Assembly: GCA_002269645.1 (NCBI GenBank)
Contig: NIVC01000553.1
Location: 543,428 to 607,427, forward strand
DNA length: 64,000 nucleotides
Reading direction: 5' to 3'
From: Macrostomum lignano
Taxonomy: Eukaryota
Under the pieces are notes generated by a model, which was given only the letters and a program-made list of their open reading frames with translations, did not search any database and had not been told where the DNA came from. Below are positions 38,860 through 53,325 of the stretch, one piece after another; position 1 is the stretch's first letter; every line of letters starts with the position of its first letter. Both the position numbers and the translations under genes were made by a program.

Positions 38860-41800
38860 TTGTCCCCAGTTGGTAGATTTTGTCTCCTAATTGGTAGATT
38901 TTGTCTTCTAACTGGCAGATTTTGTTTCCTAATTGGTAGATTTTGTCTCCTAATTGGTAGATTTTGTTTCCTAATTGGTAGATTTTGTCTCCTAATGGAT
39001 AGATTTTGTCTCCTAATTGGTAGATTTTGTCTCCTAATGGGTAGATTTTTCTCCTAATTGGTAGATTTTGTCTCTTAATTGGTAGATTTTGTCTCCTAAT
39101 GGTAGATTTTGTCTCCTAATTGGTAGATTTTGTCTCCTAATTGGTAGATTTTGTCTCCTAATTGGTAGATTTGTCTCCTAATTGGTAGATTTTGTCTCCT
39201 AATTGGTAGATTTGTCTCCTAATTGGTAGATTTTGTTTCCTAATTGGTAGATTTGTCCCCCAGTTGGTAGATTTTGTCTCCTAATTGGTAGATTTTGTCT
39301 CCTAATTGGTAGATTTTGTCTCCTAATTGGTAGATTTTGTCTCCTAATTGGTAGATTTTGTCTCCTAATTGGTAGATTTTGTTTCCTAATTGGTAGATTT
39401 TGTCTCCTAATTGGTAGATTTTGTTTCCTAATTGGTAGATTTTGTCTCCTAACTGGTAGATTTTGTCTCCTAATTGGTAGATTTTGTCTTCTAACTGGCA
39501 GATTTTGTTTCCTAATTGGTAGATTTTGTCTCCTAATTGGTAGATTTTGTTTCCTAATTGGTAGATTATGTCTCCTAATGGATAGATTTTGTCTCCTAAT
39601 TGGTAGATTTTGTTTCCTAATTGGTAGATTTTGTCTCCTAATTGGTAGATTTTGTTTCCTAATTGGTAGATTTTGTCTCCTAACTGGTAGATTTTGTCTC
39701 CTAATTGGTAGATTTTGTCTTCTAACTGGCAGATTTTGTTTCCTAATTGGTAGATTTTGTCTCCTAATTGGTAGATTTTGTTTCCTAATTGGTAGATTTT
39801 GTCTCCTAATGGATAGATTTTGTCTCCTAATTGGTAGATTTTGTCTCCTAATGGGTAGATTTTTCTCCTAATTGGTAGATTTTGTCTCTTAATTGGTAGA
39901 TTTTGTCTCCTAATGGGTAGATTTTGTCTCCTAATTGGTAGATTTTGTCTCCTAATTGGTAGATTTTGTCTCCTAATTGGTAGATTTTGTCTCCTAATTG
40001 GTAGATTTTGTCTCCTAATTGGTAGATTTTGTCTCCTAATTGGTAGATTTGTCTCCTAATTGGTAGATTTTGTTTCCTAATTGGTAGATTTTGTCTCCTA
40101 ATTGGTAGATTTGTCTCCTAATTGGTAGATTTTGTCTCCTAATTGGTAGATTTTGTCTCCCAATTGGTAGATTTTGTCTCCTAATGGGTAGATTTTGTCT
40201 CCTAATTGGTAGATTTTGTCTCCTAATTGGTAGATTTTGTCTCCTAATTGGTAGATTTTGTCTCCTAATTGGTAGATTTTGTCTCCTAATTGGTAGATTT
40301 GTCTCCTAATTGGTAGATTTTGTCTCCTAATTGGTAGATTTGTCTCCTAATTGGTAGATTTTGTTTCCTAATTGGTAGATTTGTCTCCTAATTGGTAGAT
40401 TTGTCTCCTAATTGGTAGATTTTGTCTCCTAATTGGTAGATTTTGTCTCCTAATTGGTAGATTTTGTCTCCTAATTGGTAGATTTTGTCTCCTAATTGGT
40501 AGATTTTGTCTCCTAATTGGTAGAATTTGTCTCCTAATTGGTAGATTTTGTTTCCTAATTGGTAGATTTTGTCTCCTAATGGTAGATTTTGTCTCCTAAT
40601 TGGTAGATTTTGTCTTTTAATTGGTAGATTTTGTCTTTTAATTGGTAGATTTTGTCTCCTAATTGGTAGATTTTGTCTCCTAATTGGTAGATTTTGTCTC
40701 CTAATTGGTAGATTTTGTCTCCTAATTGGTAGATTTTGTCTCAATTGGTAGATTTTGTCTCCTAATTGGTAGATTTTGTCTCCTAATTGGTAGATTTTGT
40801 CTCCAATTGGTAGATTTTGTCTTCTAATTGGTAGATTTTGTCTCCCAATTGGTAGATTTTGTCTCCTAATTGGTAGATTTTGTCTCCCAATTGGTAGATT
40901 TTGTCTCCTAATTGGTAGATTTTGTCTCCCAATTGGTAGAATTTGTCTCCTAATTGGTAGATTTTGTTTCCTAATTGGTAGATTTTGTCTCCTAATTGGT
41001 AGATTTTGTCTTCTAACTGGCAGATTTTGTTTCCTAATTGGTAGATTTTGTCTTTTAATTGGTAGATTTTGTCTCCTAATTGGTAGATTTTGTCTCCTAA
41101 TTGGTAGATTTTGTCTCCTAATTGGTAGATTTTGTCTCCTAATTGGTAGATTTTGTCTCCTAATTGGTAGATTTTGTCTCCTAATTGGTAGATTTTGTTT
41201 CCTAATTAGTAGATTTTGTCTCCTAATTGGTAGATTTTGTTTCCTAATTGGTAGATTTTGTTTCCTAATTGGTAGATTTTGTTTCCTAATTGGTAGATTT
41301 TGTCTCCTAATCGGTAGATTTTGTCTCCTAATTGGTAGATTTGTCTCCTAATTGGTAGATTTTGTTTCCTAATTGGTAGATTTTGTCTCCTAATTGGTAG
41401 ATTTTGTCTCCTAATCGGTAGATTTTGTCTCCTAATTGGTAGATTTGTCTCCTAATTGGTAGATTTTGTTTCCTAATTGGTAGATTTTGTCTCCTAATTG
41501 GTAGATTTTGTCTCCTAATTGGTAGATTTGTCTCCTAATTGGTAGATTTTGTCTCCTAATTGGTAGATTTGTCTCCTAATTGGTAGATTTTGTTTCCTAA
41601 TTGGTAGATTTGTCTCCTAATTGGTAGATTTGTCTCCTAATTGGTAGATTTTGTCTCCTAATTGGTAGATTTTGTCTCCTAATTGGTAGATTTTGTCTCC
41701 TAATTGGTAGATTTTGTCTCCTAATTGGTAGATTTTGTCTCCTAATTGGTAGAATTTGTCTCCTAATTGGTAGATTTTGTTTCCTAATTGGTAGATTTTG

Positions 41801-42755
41801 TCTCCTAATGGGTAGATTTTGTCTCCTAATTGGTAGATTTTGTCTTTTAATTGGTAGATTTTGTCTTTTAATTGGTAGATTTTGTCTCCTAATTGGTAGA
41901 TTTTGTCTCCTAATTGGTAGATTTTGTCTCCTAATTGGTAGATTTTGTCTCCTAATTGGTAGATTTTGTCTCAATTGGTAGATTTTGTCTCCTAATTGGT
42001 AGATTTTGTCTCCTAATTGGTAGATTTTGTCTCCCAATTGGTAGATTTTGTCTTCTAATTGGTAGATTTTGTCTCCCAATTGGTAGATTTTGTCTCCTAA
42101 TTGGTAGATTTTGTCTCCCAATTGGTAGATTTTGTCTCCTAATTGGTAGATTTTGTCTCCCAATTGGTAGAATTTGTCTCCTAATTGGTAGATTTTGTTT
42201 CCTAATTGGTAGATTTTGTCTCCTAATTGGTAGATTTTGTCTTCTAACTGGCAGATTTTGTTTCCTAATTGGTAGATTTTGTCTTTTAATTGGTAGATTT
42301 TGTCTCCTAATTGGTAGATTTTGTCTCCTAATTGGTAGATTTTGTCTCCTAATTGGTAGATTTTGTCTCCTAATTGGTAGATTTTGTCTCCTAATTGGTA
42401 GATTTTGTCTCCTAATTGGTAGATTTTGTTTCCTAATTAGTAGATTTTGTCTCCTAATTGGTAGATTTTGTTTCCTAATTGGTAGATTTTGTTTCCTAAT
42501 TGGTAGATTTTGTTTCCTAATTGGTAGATTTTGTCTCCTAATCGGTAGATTTTGTCTCCTAATTGGTAGATTTGTCTCCTAATTGGTAGATTTTGTTTCC
42601 TAATTGGTAGATTTTGTCTCCTAATTGGTAGATTTTGTCTCCTAATCGGTAGATTTTGTCTCCTAATTGGTAGATTTGTCTCCTAATTGGTAGATTTTGT
42701 TTCCTAATTGGTAGATTTTGTCTCCTAATTGGTAGATTTTGTTTCCTAATTACTA
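38860..42755 (+). repeat. 21-bp satellite (TTTTGTCTCCTAATTGGTAGA)n, copy 2 (~1.2 kb longer than copy 1)
   Basis: Same variant order as 30410-33100 plus one internally repeated block. Confidence 0.97.
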
Positions 42756-43531
42756 GATATGGTCTTGAGTTTACAAGCAGGACTTCTTTAGTCTATAATG
42801 CAGGAAACTCAGCAAAAGCACTGTATTTTGTTTAGTAACCAACTGACTCACACTTAACTGTATGTTAAACCTCTGCTAACACAATCGGGTACTCGTGGGC
42901 CCTCAACCCCACTTAGAGGCATAGTGAATCAATATAGATAAGATTAATAAAAAATTACCTGCACTAATAACTTCACTAATATTGGTTAAAAACGAATCGC
43001 TAGCTCAGCTCAGTGCATAGCTAAGTTTAATTTTTCGAGATAAACCTTATATAACTCGTATATTAGTGGATATTTCTCGTATGCTCCACCAAGCAATTCC
43101 TGACTCTCTCTCTCTCCCCTACCCTCCAACCCCCCCCCCGTCTGGTGGAGTCAGCGGGGGTTGGCTGTTGGGGCGCCCTGGTCACCGCCTCCCCCAAAGA
43201 TAGGGCAGGGGCCTCTTGTTGGTTTAAGGGCAAGGCAAGAAAGAAACCTGCCTTTCCAAACAGCCGCAAAAGCAACTTTATAAACGCCCCAACGCAAGGT
43301 TTTATAATGCCAAGAACACAGACCTGAGACCAAAAACAGTCCCTATTTTAAGAGTTCAAGCCAGTTCTATTGGCTCGAACAGCTTCTTACAAGCAAAATA
43401 AACGCAATTCTCCTTCCCTAACTTTGGTGTTTGTTTCTTTCGAAAATTCTTTGAAAGATCAACAGCCTGGCAGTTATGACAGAGCGCCATCGCGTATTTT
43501 ATTAGCCGAACCCATTACCTATTGAGTAAGT

Positions 43532-43869
43532 ATGCAAAAGCAAACGCTATTGCTGCTTCCACTGCTGATTCTGTTGGATTGTCCGGCCGAAGTCAAAGCG
43601 GAGCAGTTCCGCCTGTTGTGCCTGCTGCCTCACGACAGCCCCTACCAGTTCGACCACAGCCTGGTCGCCCCCAGCACCGACCTGGTCATGGACAGCCTGA
43701 CTGCGCGAGGTCTCAACAAGCACTTCAGTCTGAACATCAGCTTTGAGAATTCCACCTGTTCGAACAGGGCCGCCCTGCCGGCCATGGAGTACTATTACTC
43801 TGGCCGGGTGGACGGCTTCCTTGGCCTGGCCTGTCCGGAAAGTTGCAGCCAAGTCGTCCAGTATTCGGG
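43532..43869 (+). CDS. Variable cassette C' (duplicate of C), exon 1
   Basis: Translation identical to 33877-34214, same phase-2 donor. Confidence 0.8.
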
Positions 43870-44921
43870 GTGAGGAGTCCTTGAAGTCCTTGAATGTACT
43901 TTGATAGTCGAAAAAGTTCTTACCAAAATCCACACCTCATCCATTTCCGATAGCCTCAGAAATTTTTATCCACATTAGCGGCTTAACCCAGTCCCCATTA
44001 ATTCCCCCCATTTACTGGTAGTCCCCGAGCTGTCAAATGAGAACCCAATTCATTAAAAAACAAAATTTTCGAAAAACACAGGTCGCTACAGGGACTGCTG
44101 AAACAGAAGGACCCTGTACTGGGGCGCTTTCATATCTCCGACACTTCATATCTCCGACACTTCATATCTCCGACACTTCACATCTCCGACACTTCACATC
44201 TCCGACACTTCATATCTCCGACACTTCATATCTCTGTCACTTCATATCTCCGACACTTCATATCTCCGACACTTCACATCTCCGACATTTCATATCTCCG
44301 ACACTTCATATCTCCGACACTTCATATCTCTGACACTTCCTATCTCCGACAAGCTTAACCCCTATGCCTAAGATATGAAGTGTCGGATGTATGAAACTTC
44401 GGATATGTACAACGTTGAAAGTATGACATTTCGGAGATGTAAAACCCTCATTGGGAGCGGTTGTTTACGCTGCCACGAAATTGTGTGCCACAAAAAAGTT
44501 GACCTCACGCACACAGCAACCTTTTTTGACTTTTGTCTGTAAGAACTCGTTTGGGCACCCCTCTGACACTAATTTGGGCACCCCTCTGACACTAATTTTG
44601 GCGCCCCTCTGACTCATTTTGGCACCCCTCTGAAACTCATTTTGGCGCCCCTCTGACACTCATTTTGGCACCCCTCTGACACTTATTTTGGCACCCCTCT
44701 GATACTCATTTTGGCGCCCCTCTGACACTCATTTTGGCGCCCCTCTGATACTCATTTTGGCACCCCTCTGACACTCATTTTGGTGCCTCCCTGACACTCA
44801 TTTTTGGGACCCTCTGACACTCATTTTGGCGTCCCCTGACACTCATTTTGACGCCCCTCAAAAATGTTTCCAACAGAAAACTTAATGAATTATTGACCTA
44901 ATACTGCGATTGCACAATCAG

Positions 44922-45277
44922 GGAGCGGTGGAACAAGCCGGTAGTCAGCATTGGAGCAGTTGAGATGGCATTCCGCGACAGTGCAAACATCCAATACAGA
45001 CACGACATCTTTGTTCGAGTCAGCTTTGACAGCGGCGAACTGATTCACTCAATTGTGAAGGCAATTTTTCTGCCAAACGCTTGGCGAAAGTTTTTCGGCA
45101 TGTTCACCTGGTCGCACGGATACGCTAAGAACAGTGGCAATCTGTTTATGCAAGGCTTCAACTGGGTACGGCAGCGAATGAATATGAAAGCCGACTACTT
45201 TGACACGCAGAATAGGACCTTTACGGAAGAGGAGATTACTAACACGTTGAAGCAGAGAATCGCATCGAAATACTCCG
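44922..45277 (+). CDS. Variable cassette C' (duplicate of C), exon 2
   Basis: Translation identical to 35267-35622, phase-1 donor TCCG|GTAAGA. Confidence 0.8.
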
Positions 45278-48200
45278 GTAAGAATGAACCGGAGCCTTCA
45301 GAGTCTTCGCGATCAAATATTGAAAAGCCGAACCGATTTTAGCTTGTTACAACATTTTAGCGATATGTCTTCTATCAAATGCTTCCCATATCTTCCTAGC
45401 TTTTCAATCGGGCCAAGAAATCAGCCGTTGCCCCAGTTAAGGTGGAAAAGGAGTGGTGGGGCACACAAACAGCCACCCCAACCAATTTAGGCGGAAAAGG
45501 GGCGGTGGGGCACTCAAACAGCCACCCCAACCAATTTAGGCGGAAAAGGGGCGGTGGGGCACACAAACAGCCACCCCAACCAATTTAGGCGGAAAAGGGG
45601 CGGTGGGGCACTCAAACAGCCACCCCCAACCAATTTAGGCGGAAAAGGGGCGGTGGGGCACACAAACAGCCACCCCAACCAATTTAGGCGGAAAAGGGGC
45701 GGTGGGGCACTCAAACAGCCACCCCAACCAATTTAGGCGGAAAAGGGGTGGTGGGGCACTCAAACAGCCACCCCAACCAATTTAAGCGGAAAAGGGGTGG
45801 TGGGGCACTCAAACAGCCACCCCAACCAATTTAGGTGGAAAAGGGGCGGTGGGGCACACAAACAGCCACCCCAACCAATTTAGGCGGAAAAGGGGCGGTG
45901 GGGCACTCAAACAGCCACGCCAACCAATTTAGGCGGAAAAGGGGTGGTGGGGCACTCAAACAGCCACGCAAAACAGTTAAGACGGAAAAGAGGTGATGGC
46001 ACACCAAAAACCACCCCAACTAGTGAAGTCGGAAATTAGGGCTGGTGGGTCACACAAACAGCCACCCCAACCAGTTAAGGCGGAAAAGGGGCCGTGGTGT
46101 ATTTTTTATGCAATGCAAATCTCAATGAAATTTCTACCATTCTTAACTTAGAAATATCAACAAATAAGGCGGAAACCCAAGCGCATCTACTGATAGTAGC
46201 TTGTTTAAAACGACGTAAAAATCCACAGAACGAGATTGTACCCCTAATCGTCCGCTCACATGAGCGAGATGCCAAAATAATTTAATCCGTCCTCGGCCAC
46301 ACGCGACAGTCTGTCGCAATAATCGTGAATTTGAAGGCATTGCAGAGAGCGGTCAGTTTGACCAGTAGCTCTGCAAAAACCCCTACTTCATCTCTCTTCG
46401 TGCAAGCATGCACGCAGTCCCCTGCAGAGTGGCAGCTTGCCCATTACTCAAAAAATATGTCTGACCAACGCTGAGCAACTTAATTAATCGCATAAATACA
46501 ATCGAGTTGGCAGTGGGCAGTGTGGTAGCAGGCATGGTCACACTCCGTCTCACCTCACTTTCTGCCTGTCACATGGACTAGCCAACCCCCGCCCCGCCGG
46601 AGCGTTTCTGAATGCGAAGAGACGGAACGGGTGTAGCGGCTTCAGTACTCATATCCAGCCAGTACTTTCAGATGTTAGGCTTCAGTGTTCACCCTCCGTT
46701 ACATCCCTCCGGCAGTAGAGCTCTTCCCACACAGTTGTCATATCTTATTCATCATTTTGTCAAATATGGCTTTGATTCTAACACCGGCACAGACCATTAA
46801 GAGAACATAACAATTCAAAATTATTATCAGTACTAAAATGCATTTCAATTCCTTATGTTTTGCAATTGAAATCTCCCATCATCTCCGACCATCAGGATAA
46901 AATCTCCCACACAATCTTCGACACAATCTCCGACACAATCTCTGACACAATCTCCGACACAATCTCCGACACAATCTCCGACACAATCTCCGACACAATC
47001 TTCGACACAATCTCTGACACAATCTCCGACACAATCTCCGACACAATCTCTGACACAATCTCCGACACAATCTCCGACTAAATCTCTGACACAATCACGG
47101 ACACAATCTTATGCAAGATCTCTGACACAATCTCCGACACAATCTCCGACACAATCTCCGACGCAATCTTCGACACAATCTCCTACAAAATCTCTGACAC
47201 AATCTCCGACACAATCTCCGACGCAATCTTCGACACAATCTCCGACACAATCTCCGACACAATCTCCGACACAATCTTCGACACAATCTCTGACACAATC
47301 TCCGACACAATCTCCGACACAATCTCTGACTAAATCTCTGACACAATCACGGACACAATCTTATGCAAGATCTCTGACACAATCTCCGACACAATCTCCG
47401 ACACAATCTCCGACGCAATCTTCGACACAATCTCCTACAAAATCTCTGACACAATCTCCGACACAATCTCTGACACAATCTCCGACACAATCTCTGACAC
47501 AATCTCTGACACAATCTCCTACAAAACCTCTAGCACAATCTCCTACACAATCTCCGACACAATCTCCTACACAATCTCTGACACAATCTCCTACAAAACC
47601 TCTAACACAATCTCCTACACAATCTCCGACACAATCTCCTACACAATCTCTGACACAACCTCCTACAAAACCTCTAACACAATCTCCGACACAATCTCCG
47701 ACACAATCTCCGACACAATCTCCGACACAATCTCCGACACAATCTCCGACACAATCTCTGACACAATCTCTGACACAATCTCCTACAAAACCTCTAACAC
47801 AATCTCCTACACAATCTCCGACACAATCTCCTACACAATCTCTGACACAATCTCCTACAAAACCTCTAACACAATCTCCGACACAATCTCCGACACAATC
47901 TCCGACCATCTCCAGCACAATCTCCGACACAAGCCCCGTCGGATTCATACTCCGACCATCTCTGACACAATCACTAACCAACTCTGACATTTTTCCAACC
48001 CGCCTCTAACTCTGAAATATTGGCCCTCACAAAGTCAATATTGAGCTGAATCGTGTAGCCCTCAATGTTGTAACCGAAATCAATTATCACTGGGACCCAA
48101 GGGCCAAGATGCATTAAAATCCATTAAAATAGTCCCAGCCAATCAGGTTGAAGGCATGGAAACTTCTATCAGTGAACGCTGCCCAGCTGCAACCAATGGG

Positions 48201-48376
48201 AGCAGACCCTGCCTAGGCCTAGTATTCTTCATTTCTTAACTTGTCCCCAATCTCTTTTCAACAAAAGCCAAACAGCACATGCCCAGCAAAAAATCTTAAT
48301 AAAAATTGTGAATCCAAAAAACTTAAGACTGAAAAAGCAGGTTTGATTGCAAAAGCAAGGAACAACAGCAAGAAAT

Positions 48377-48674
48377 ATGCTACTGCCGCTGCCGCTGCTG
48401 CTGCTGCTGCCAGCTGCTCTCAGCCTCTCAGCGCCATCACGAGTAGGCAGATCGTTGAAAATCTCGGTCCTACTCCCAATGTCGCGGCACAACATCTCCC
48501 ACATGAGTCTTGAACGCGTCCTGCCTGTTGTCGACGTTGCGGTGGCGTCCGCCCAGTCTGTTGGTCTGTTGTCAAATGTCACAGTTCGGTTGCTAAGCAA
48601 CGATAGCGAATGCGACTATTCAATTGCTCCGGTGGTTGGCATGCTCATGCTCCGCGAGGTTGACCTGATGCTGG
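48377..48674 (+). CDS. Receptor guanylyl cyclase variable cassette D, exon 1
   Basis: MLLPLPLLLLLPAALSLS leader, LKISVLLP, MSLERVLPVVDVAV, NDSECD, EVDLMLG. Donor CTGG|GTAAGT, phase 1. Confidence 0.88.
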
Positions 48675-48729
48675 GTAAGTGAATGACATTAGTGTCTTTT
48701 TTCTTGCTGCGTTGCTATATGTTACATCT

Positions 48730-49065
48730 CACCATGTTTCTCTCATAATTCTCACCCTGTCTCTCTCCTTAATCTCACCGCGTTTCTTCTTAATCCCATC
48801 ATTTCTCTCTCCGTAATCTCATCTCTTCTCTCCTTAAGCTCATCCTCTCTCGCACCTCAATCTCACCGTGTCTCTCTCCTTAATCTCACCCCGTCTCTCT
48901 CCTTAATCTGACCCCGTCTCTCTCCTTAATCTCACCCTGTCTCTCTTCTTAATCCCATCGTGTCTCTCTCCTTAATCTCACCCTGTCTCTCTTCTTAATC
49001 TCATCGTGTCTCTCTCCTTAATCTCACCCTGTCTCTCTCTTTAATCTCATCGTGTGTCTCTCCTT
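48730..49065 (+). repeat. Pyrimidine-rich ~28-bp degenerate repeat (CTCTCTCCTTAATCTCACCCTGT-like)
   Basis: Tandem units after the D1 donor. Confidence 0.8.
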
Positions 49066-49544
49066 AGTCGCACATTATCTATACCTATAAAAATGAAATC
49101 CCTAATAAATATCATTTGATCTCTCCTTATTCTCATACTATCTCTGCTACCACTGCCCCTTTCTTACCTATCTATATTTTCCCTCACTTTACAGGCCTGC
49201 GAAACATCACACGCTTCCCTCCTCCCAGCGCTCTCTCACCTTCTATTTCCTGTGTCGCTGACTCCCTGATAATTTCTAATGCGGCAGTATCAGCCAACCC
49301 GGATGTTGGACAAGATGGAGCGACCGACAGACGGGGGTTGGCTGCAAAAAAATCATAGCAACGAAATGGACGAAGCGGGAAGCTGGGGAGATGAAGGGGA
49401 TCGCCGGAGCTCCGACCGGGGCGGGAGGGTTGCTGGGTAGGCCAACCAACCACCCTATTTCCCAACCGGAAGCTGCTGGATTTCACACCTCAGCGAACTG
49501 TCACTGCTGAATCTGTCACTCATTGGAAGCCTCTGATGAGCTCA

Positions 49545-49920
49545 ACTCACTCATTTGTTCACTCACTCGCACAGTCACTCACTCATTCACTCACTCACTC
49601 ATTCACTCTCTCATTCACTCACTCACTCATTCACTCTCTCATTCACTCACTCACTCATTCACTCTCTCATTCACTCACTCACGCAGTGACTCACGCAGTG
49701 ACTCACACATTCACTCACTCACTCATTCACTCTCTCATTCACTCACACAGTCACTCACTCATTCACTCTCTCATTCACTCTCTCATTCACTCACACAGTC
49801 ACTCACTCATTCACTCTCTCATTCACTCACTCATTCAATCAGTCACTCACTTGCTCGCTCACTCACTCATTCGCTCACTAATTCACTCAATCACTAATTC
49901 ACTCCATCACTCATTCACTC
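49545..49920 (+). repeat. (CACT/CATT)n low-complexity repeat
   Basis: Tetranucleotide-based tract. Confidence 0.9.
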
Positions 49921-50379
49921 ATGCTCTCAGTCGCGGGCTCATAAACTCACTCATACGAAACTCATATTTTAGCTTGTGATTCTCCACGTCTATCTTTCTG
50001 TCAAAGTTCCACAAAGTGGTCCATATTTAGCCTCTGACCTTCTGTAGCTGTTTCTCTATTTATCGTTTCCTTATTTAATTTTTTGTTTACATCGTTATCA
50101 GTTTTATTATTCTTTTCCGGCTGTGATAATGTCTTTTTTTCTTACCTGGCTTAGCCACAAAATAGCTGCCAGTCTTTTGAGTTCCAGATTTTCATCTTTT
50201 CCGCCTTTGCTGAGCTGATCTTCCCGACAGCACATCTCGACTGTCTGCCTGTCTGATTCAGTCACACTGCCTCGCGCATCAAGCAAATACACTGCCCCGG
50301 TGACGCCTGAAGGAAAGCAAGGGATTATGCGATTTGTTGGGCTGGCTAGAATTCCCAATGCTGGCTCAGATTTCACGAT

Positions 50380-51309
<930 letters not shown>

Positions 51310-51813
51310 TGTAGGTAGGTGATGGCTGAGCTGATGGGCATCAAGTTTGCCTCATCCTACTTATTGACTTCCTATTCCCCCGCTCCTGTCCAATTCGAAA
51401 GCCGCCCCAGCTTGATGGACAGGTGAAGTCGCCACAGAAACCCCAGACGCGGGCCTCCCATCCGGTAGGCAAAAACCCGCCCGATGCTTCCCCTCTAATC
51501 CCGCTCTCATTTCTCCCATCAGGCTGGGTTGCGGGTGAAAAAGTACCAGTGAGTTCTGCTCACAAACTCTGATGCTTCCTCCACTACTATATCTTCTCTC
51601 TTGCTTCGAAATGTACTTTTATCGAATCGTCGCTCTAGTAAGATCACTTGCGCCTGCATGGATGGGTCTGTCGGGACTGTTCCGCGATCTTCTGACCCCT
51701 CTGCTCAATAGATGTCATTAGTCAGCAGTGGTAATACTGCTTGCCTGGCTGAAAAGTCATTTGTGGCGCCAGGATAAATTCTATCTCAAATCCCACCCCC
51801 TACTTCGTCGCAG

Positions 51814-52236
51814 GTCCCTACTGCTCCTTTTGTCTTGGCGCCGTGGCCCGGTACAACCGCTACCACCTGTACCAGCGGCCCATCATCACCTCGGGCGGCG
51901 GTGCCAGCGTCCTCAACAACAAAGTGGAATATTACAATCTGATCCGAGTCGGCCCCAGTCACGAGCAGATCGAAGAGATGTTACTCAAGATATTTAAGCA
52001 CTACAATTGGAGGCCCAGGCCAGTGCAGACTGTGCTGGTCGTTGGGCCACCAGATGAGATCAACTCCAGGCAGCATCAGTCGGAGTCCATCATCTCTGAC
52101 GCCTTGGTGATGAGCGTGGCCATCGAGAAGATGCTCACTCAGCCGAACGTGAGCTACATCGCCAGACGGCTCACGTATAAGCCAGGGAGGCCGCACCTGG
52201 CCACCCAGCTGTTCAAGGTGTTGGAAGAGGTTCGAA
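51814..52236 (+). CDS. Receptor guanylyl cyclase variable cassette D, exon 2
   Basis: Acceptor GTCGCAG|GT gives G-P-Y-C-S-F. PIITSGGG, YNLIRVGP, KHYNWR motifs. Donor CGAA|GTAAGG, phase 1. Cassette total 721 nt = 3n+1. Confidence 0.87.
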
Positions 52237-52377
52237 GTAAGGACCGCACGAAGAATTCAAGATTGTGATGAGAATTTTTTTCAGGTTGTATTGAAATAAG
52301 CGAGCCTTTTTGAGCTGAGGTTATTATGCAAATCGCCAGAGATTAAAAAATTATCAACTAAGTCGGCTGATCGATCG

Positions 52378-52435
52378 ATCAATCAACCAACCAATCAATC
52401 AATCAATCAATCAACCAACCAATCAATCAATCAAC

Positions 52436-52470
<35 letters not shown>

Positions 52471-52666
52471 CCAATCAACCAACCAACCAATCAATCAACC
52501 AATCAACCAATCAACCAACCAATCAATCAACCAACCAACCAACCAATCAATCAATCAATAAATCAACCAACCAACCAACCAACCAACCAACCAACCAACC
52601 AACCAACCAACCAATCAATCAATCAATTTTCAACGAATCAACCAACCAACCAACCAACCAATCAAC

Positions 52667-52705
<39 letters not shown>

Positions 52706-52810
52706 CCAACCAACCAACCAACCAACCAACCAACCAACCAACCAACCAACCAACCAACCAACCAATCAACCAATTAATCAACCAACCAATCAACCAACCA
52801 ATCAACCAAC

Positions 52811-52841
<31 letters not shown>

Positions 52842-52846
52842 CCAAC

Positions 52847-52877
<31 letters not shown>

Positions 52878-53178
52878 CCAACCAATCAACCAACCAATCA
52901 ACCAATCAATCAACCAACCAATCAATCAACCAATCAATCAACCAATCAACCAATCAACCAACCAATCAATCAACCAACCAATCAATCAATCAATCAACCA
53001 ACTAACCAACCAACCAACCAACCAACCAATCAACCAACCAACCAATCAATCAACCAATCAACCAATCAACCAACCAATCAATCAACCAACCAACCAACCA
53101 ACCAATCAATCAATCAATCAACCAACCAACCAACCAACCAACCAATCAACCAACCAACCAACCAACCAACCAATCAAC

Positions 53179-53217
<39 letters not shown>

Positions 53218-53325
53218 CCAACCAACCAACCAACCAACCAACCAACCAATCAATCAATCAATTTTCAACGAATCAACCAAACCAACCAACCAACCAATCA
53301 ATCAGTCAATCAATCAAGCAATTTT
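52378..53325 (+). repeat. (CAAC/CAAT)n compound microsatellite
   Basis: Mixed tetranucleotide tract. Confidence 0.97.

Larger units (their letters stand above)
29866..47939 (+). repeat. Tandem segmental duplication: copy 1 29866-38316, copy 2 38317-47939 (each contains cassette C)
   Basis: Unique sequences and ORFs recur with identical translations (offset 9655 at the cassette). The junction at 38317 has CCGT microhomology. Confidence 0.95.

Noticed and set aside
31129-42582. ORFs such as LLIGRFC.., GDKIYQL.., RRQNLPI.. and CVGDCVGD..
   Set aside because: Frames through the 21-bp and 12-bp satellites.
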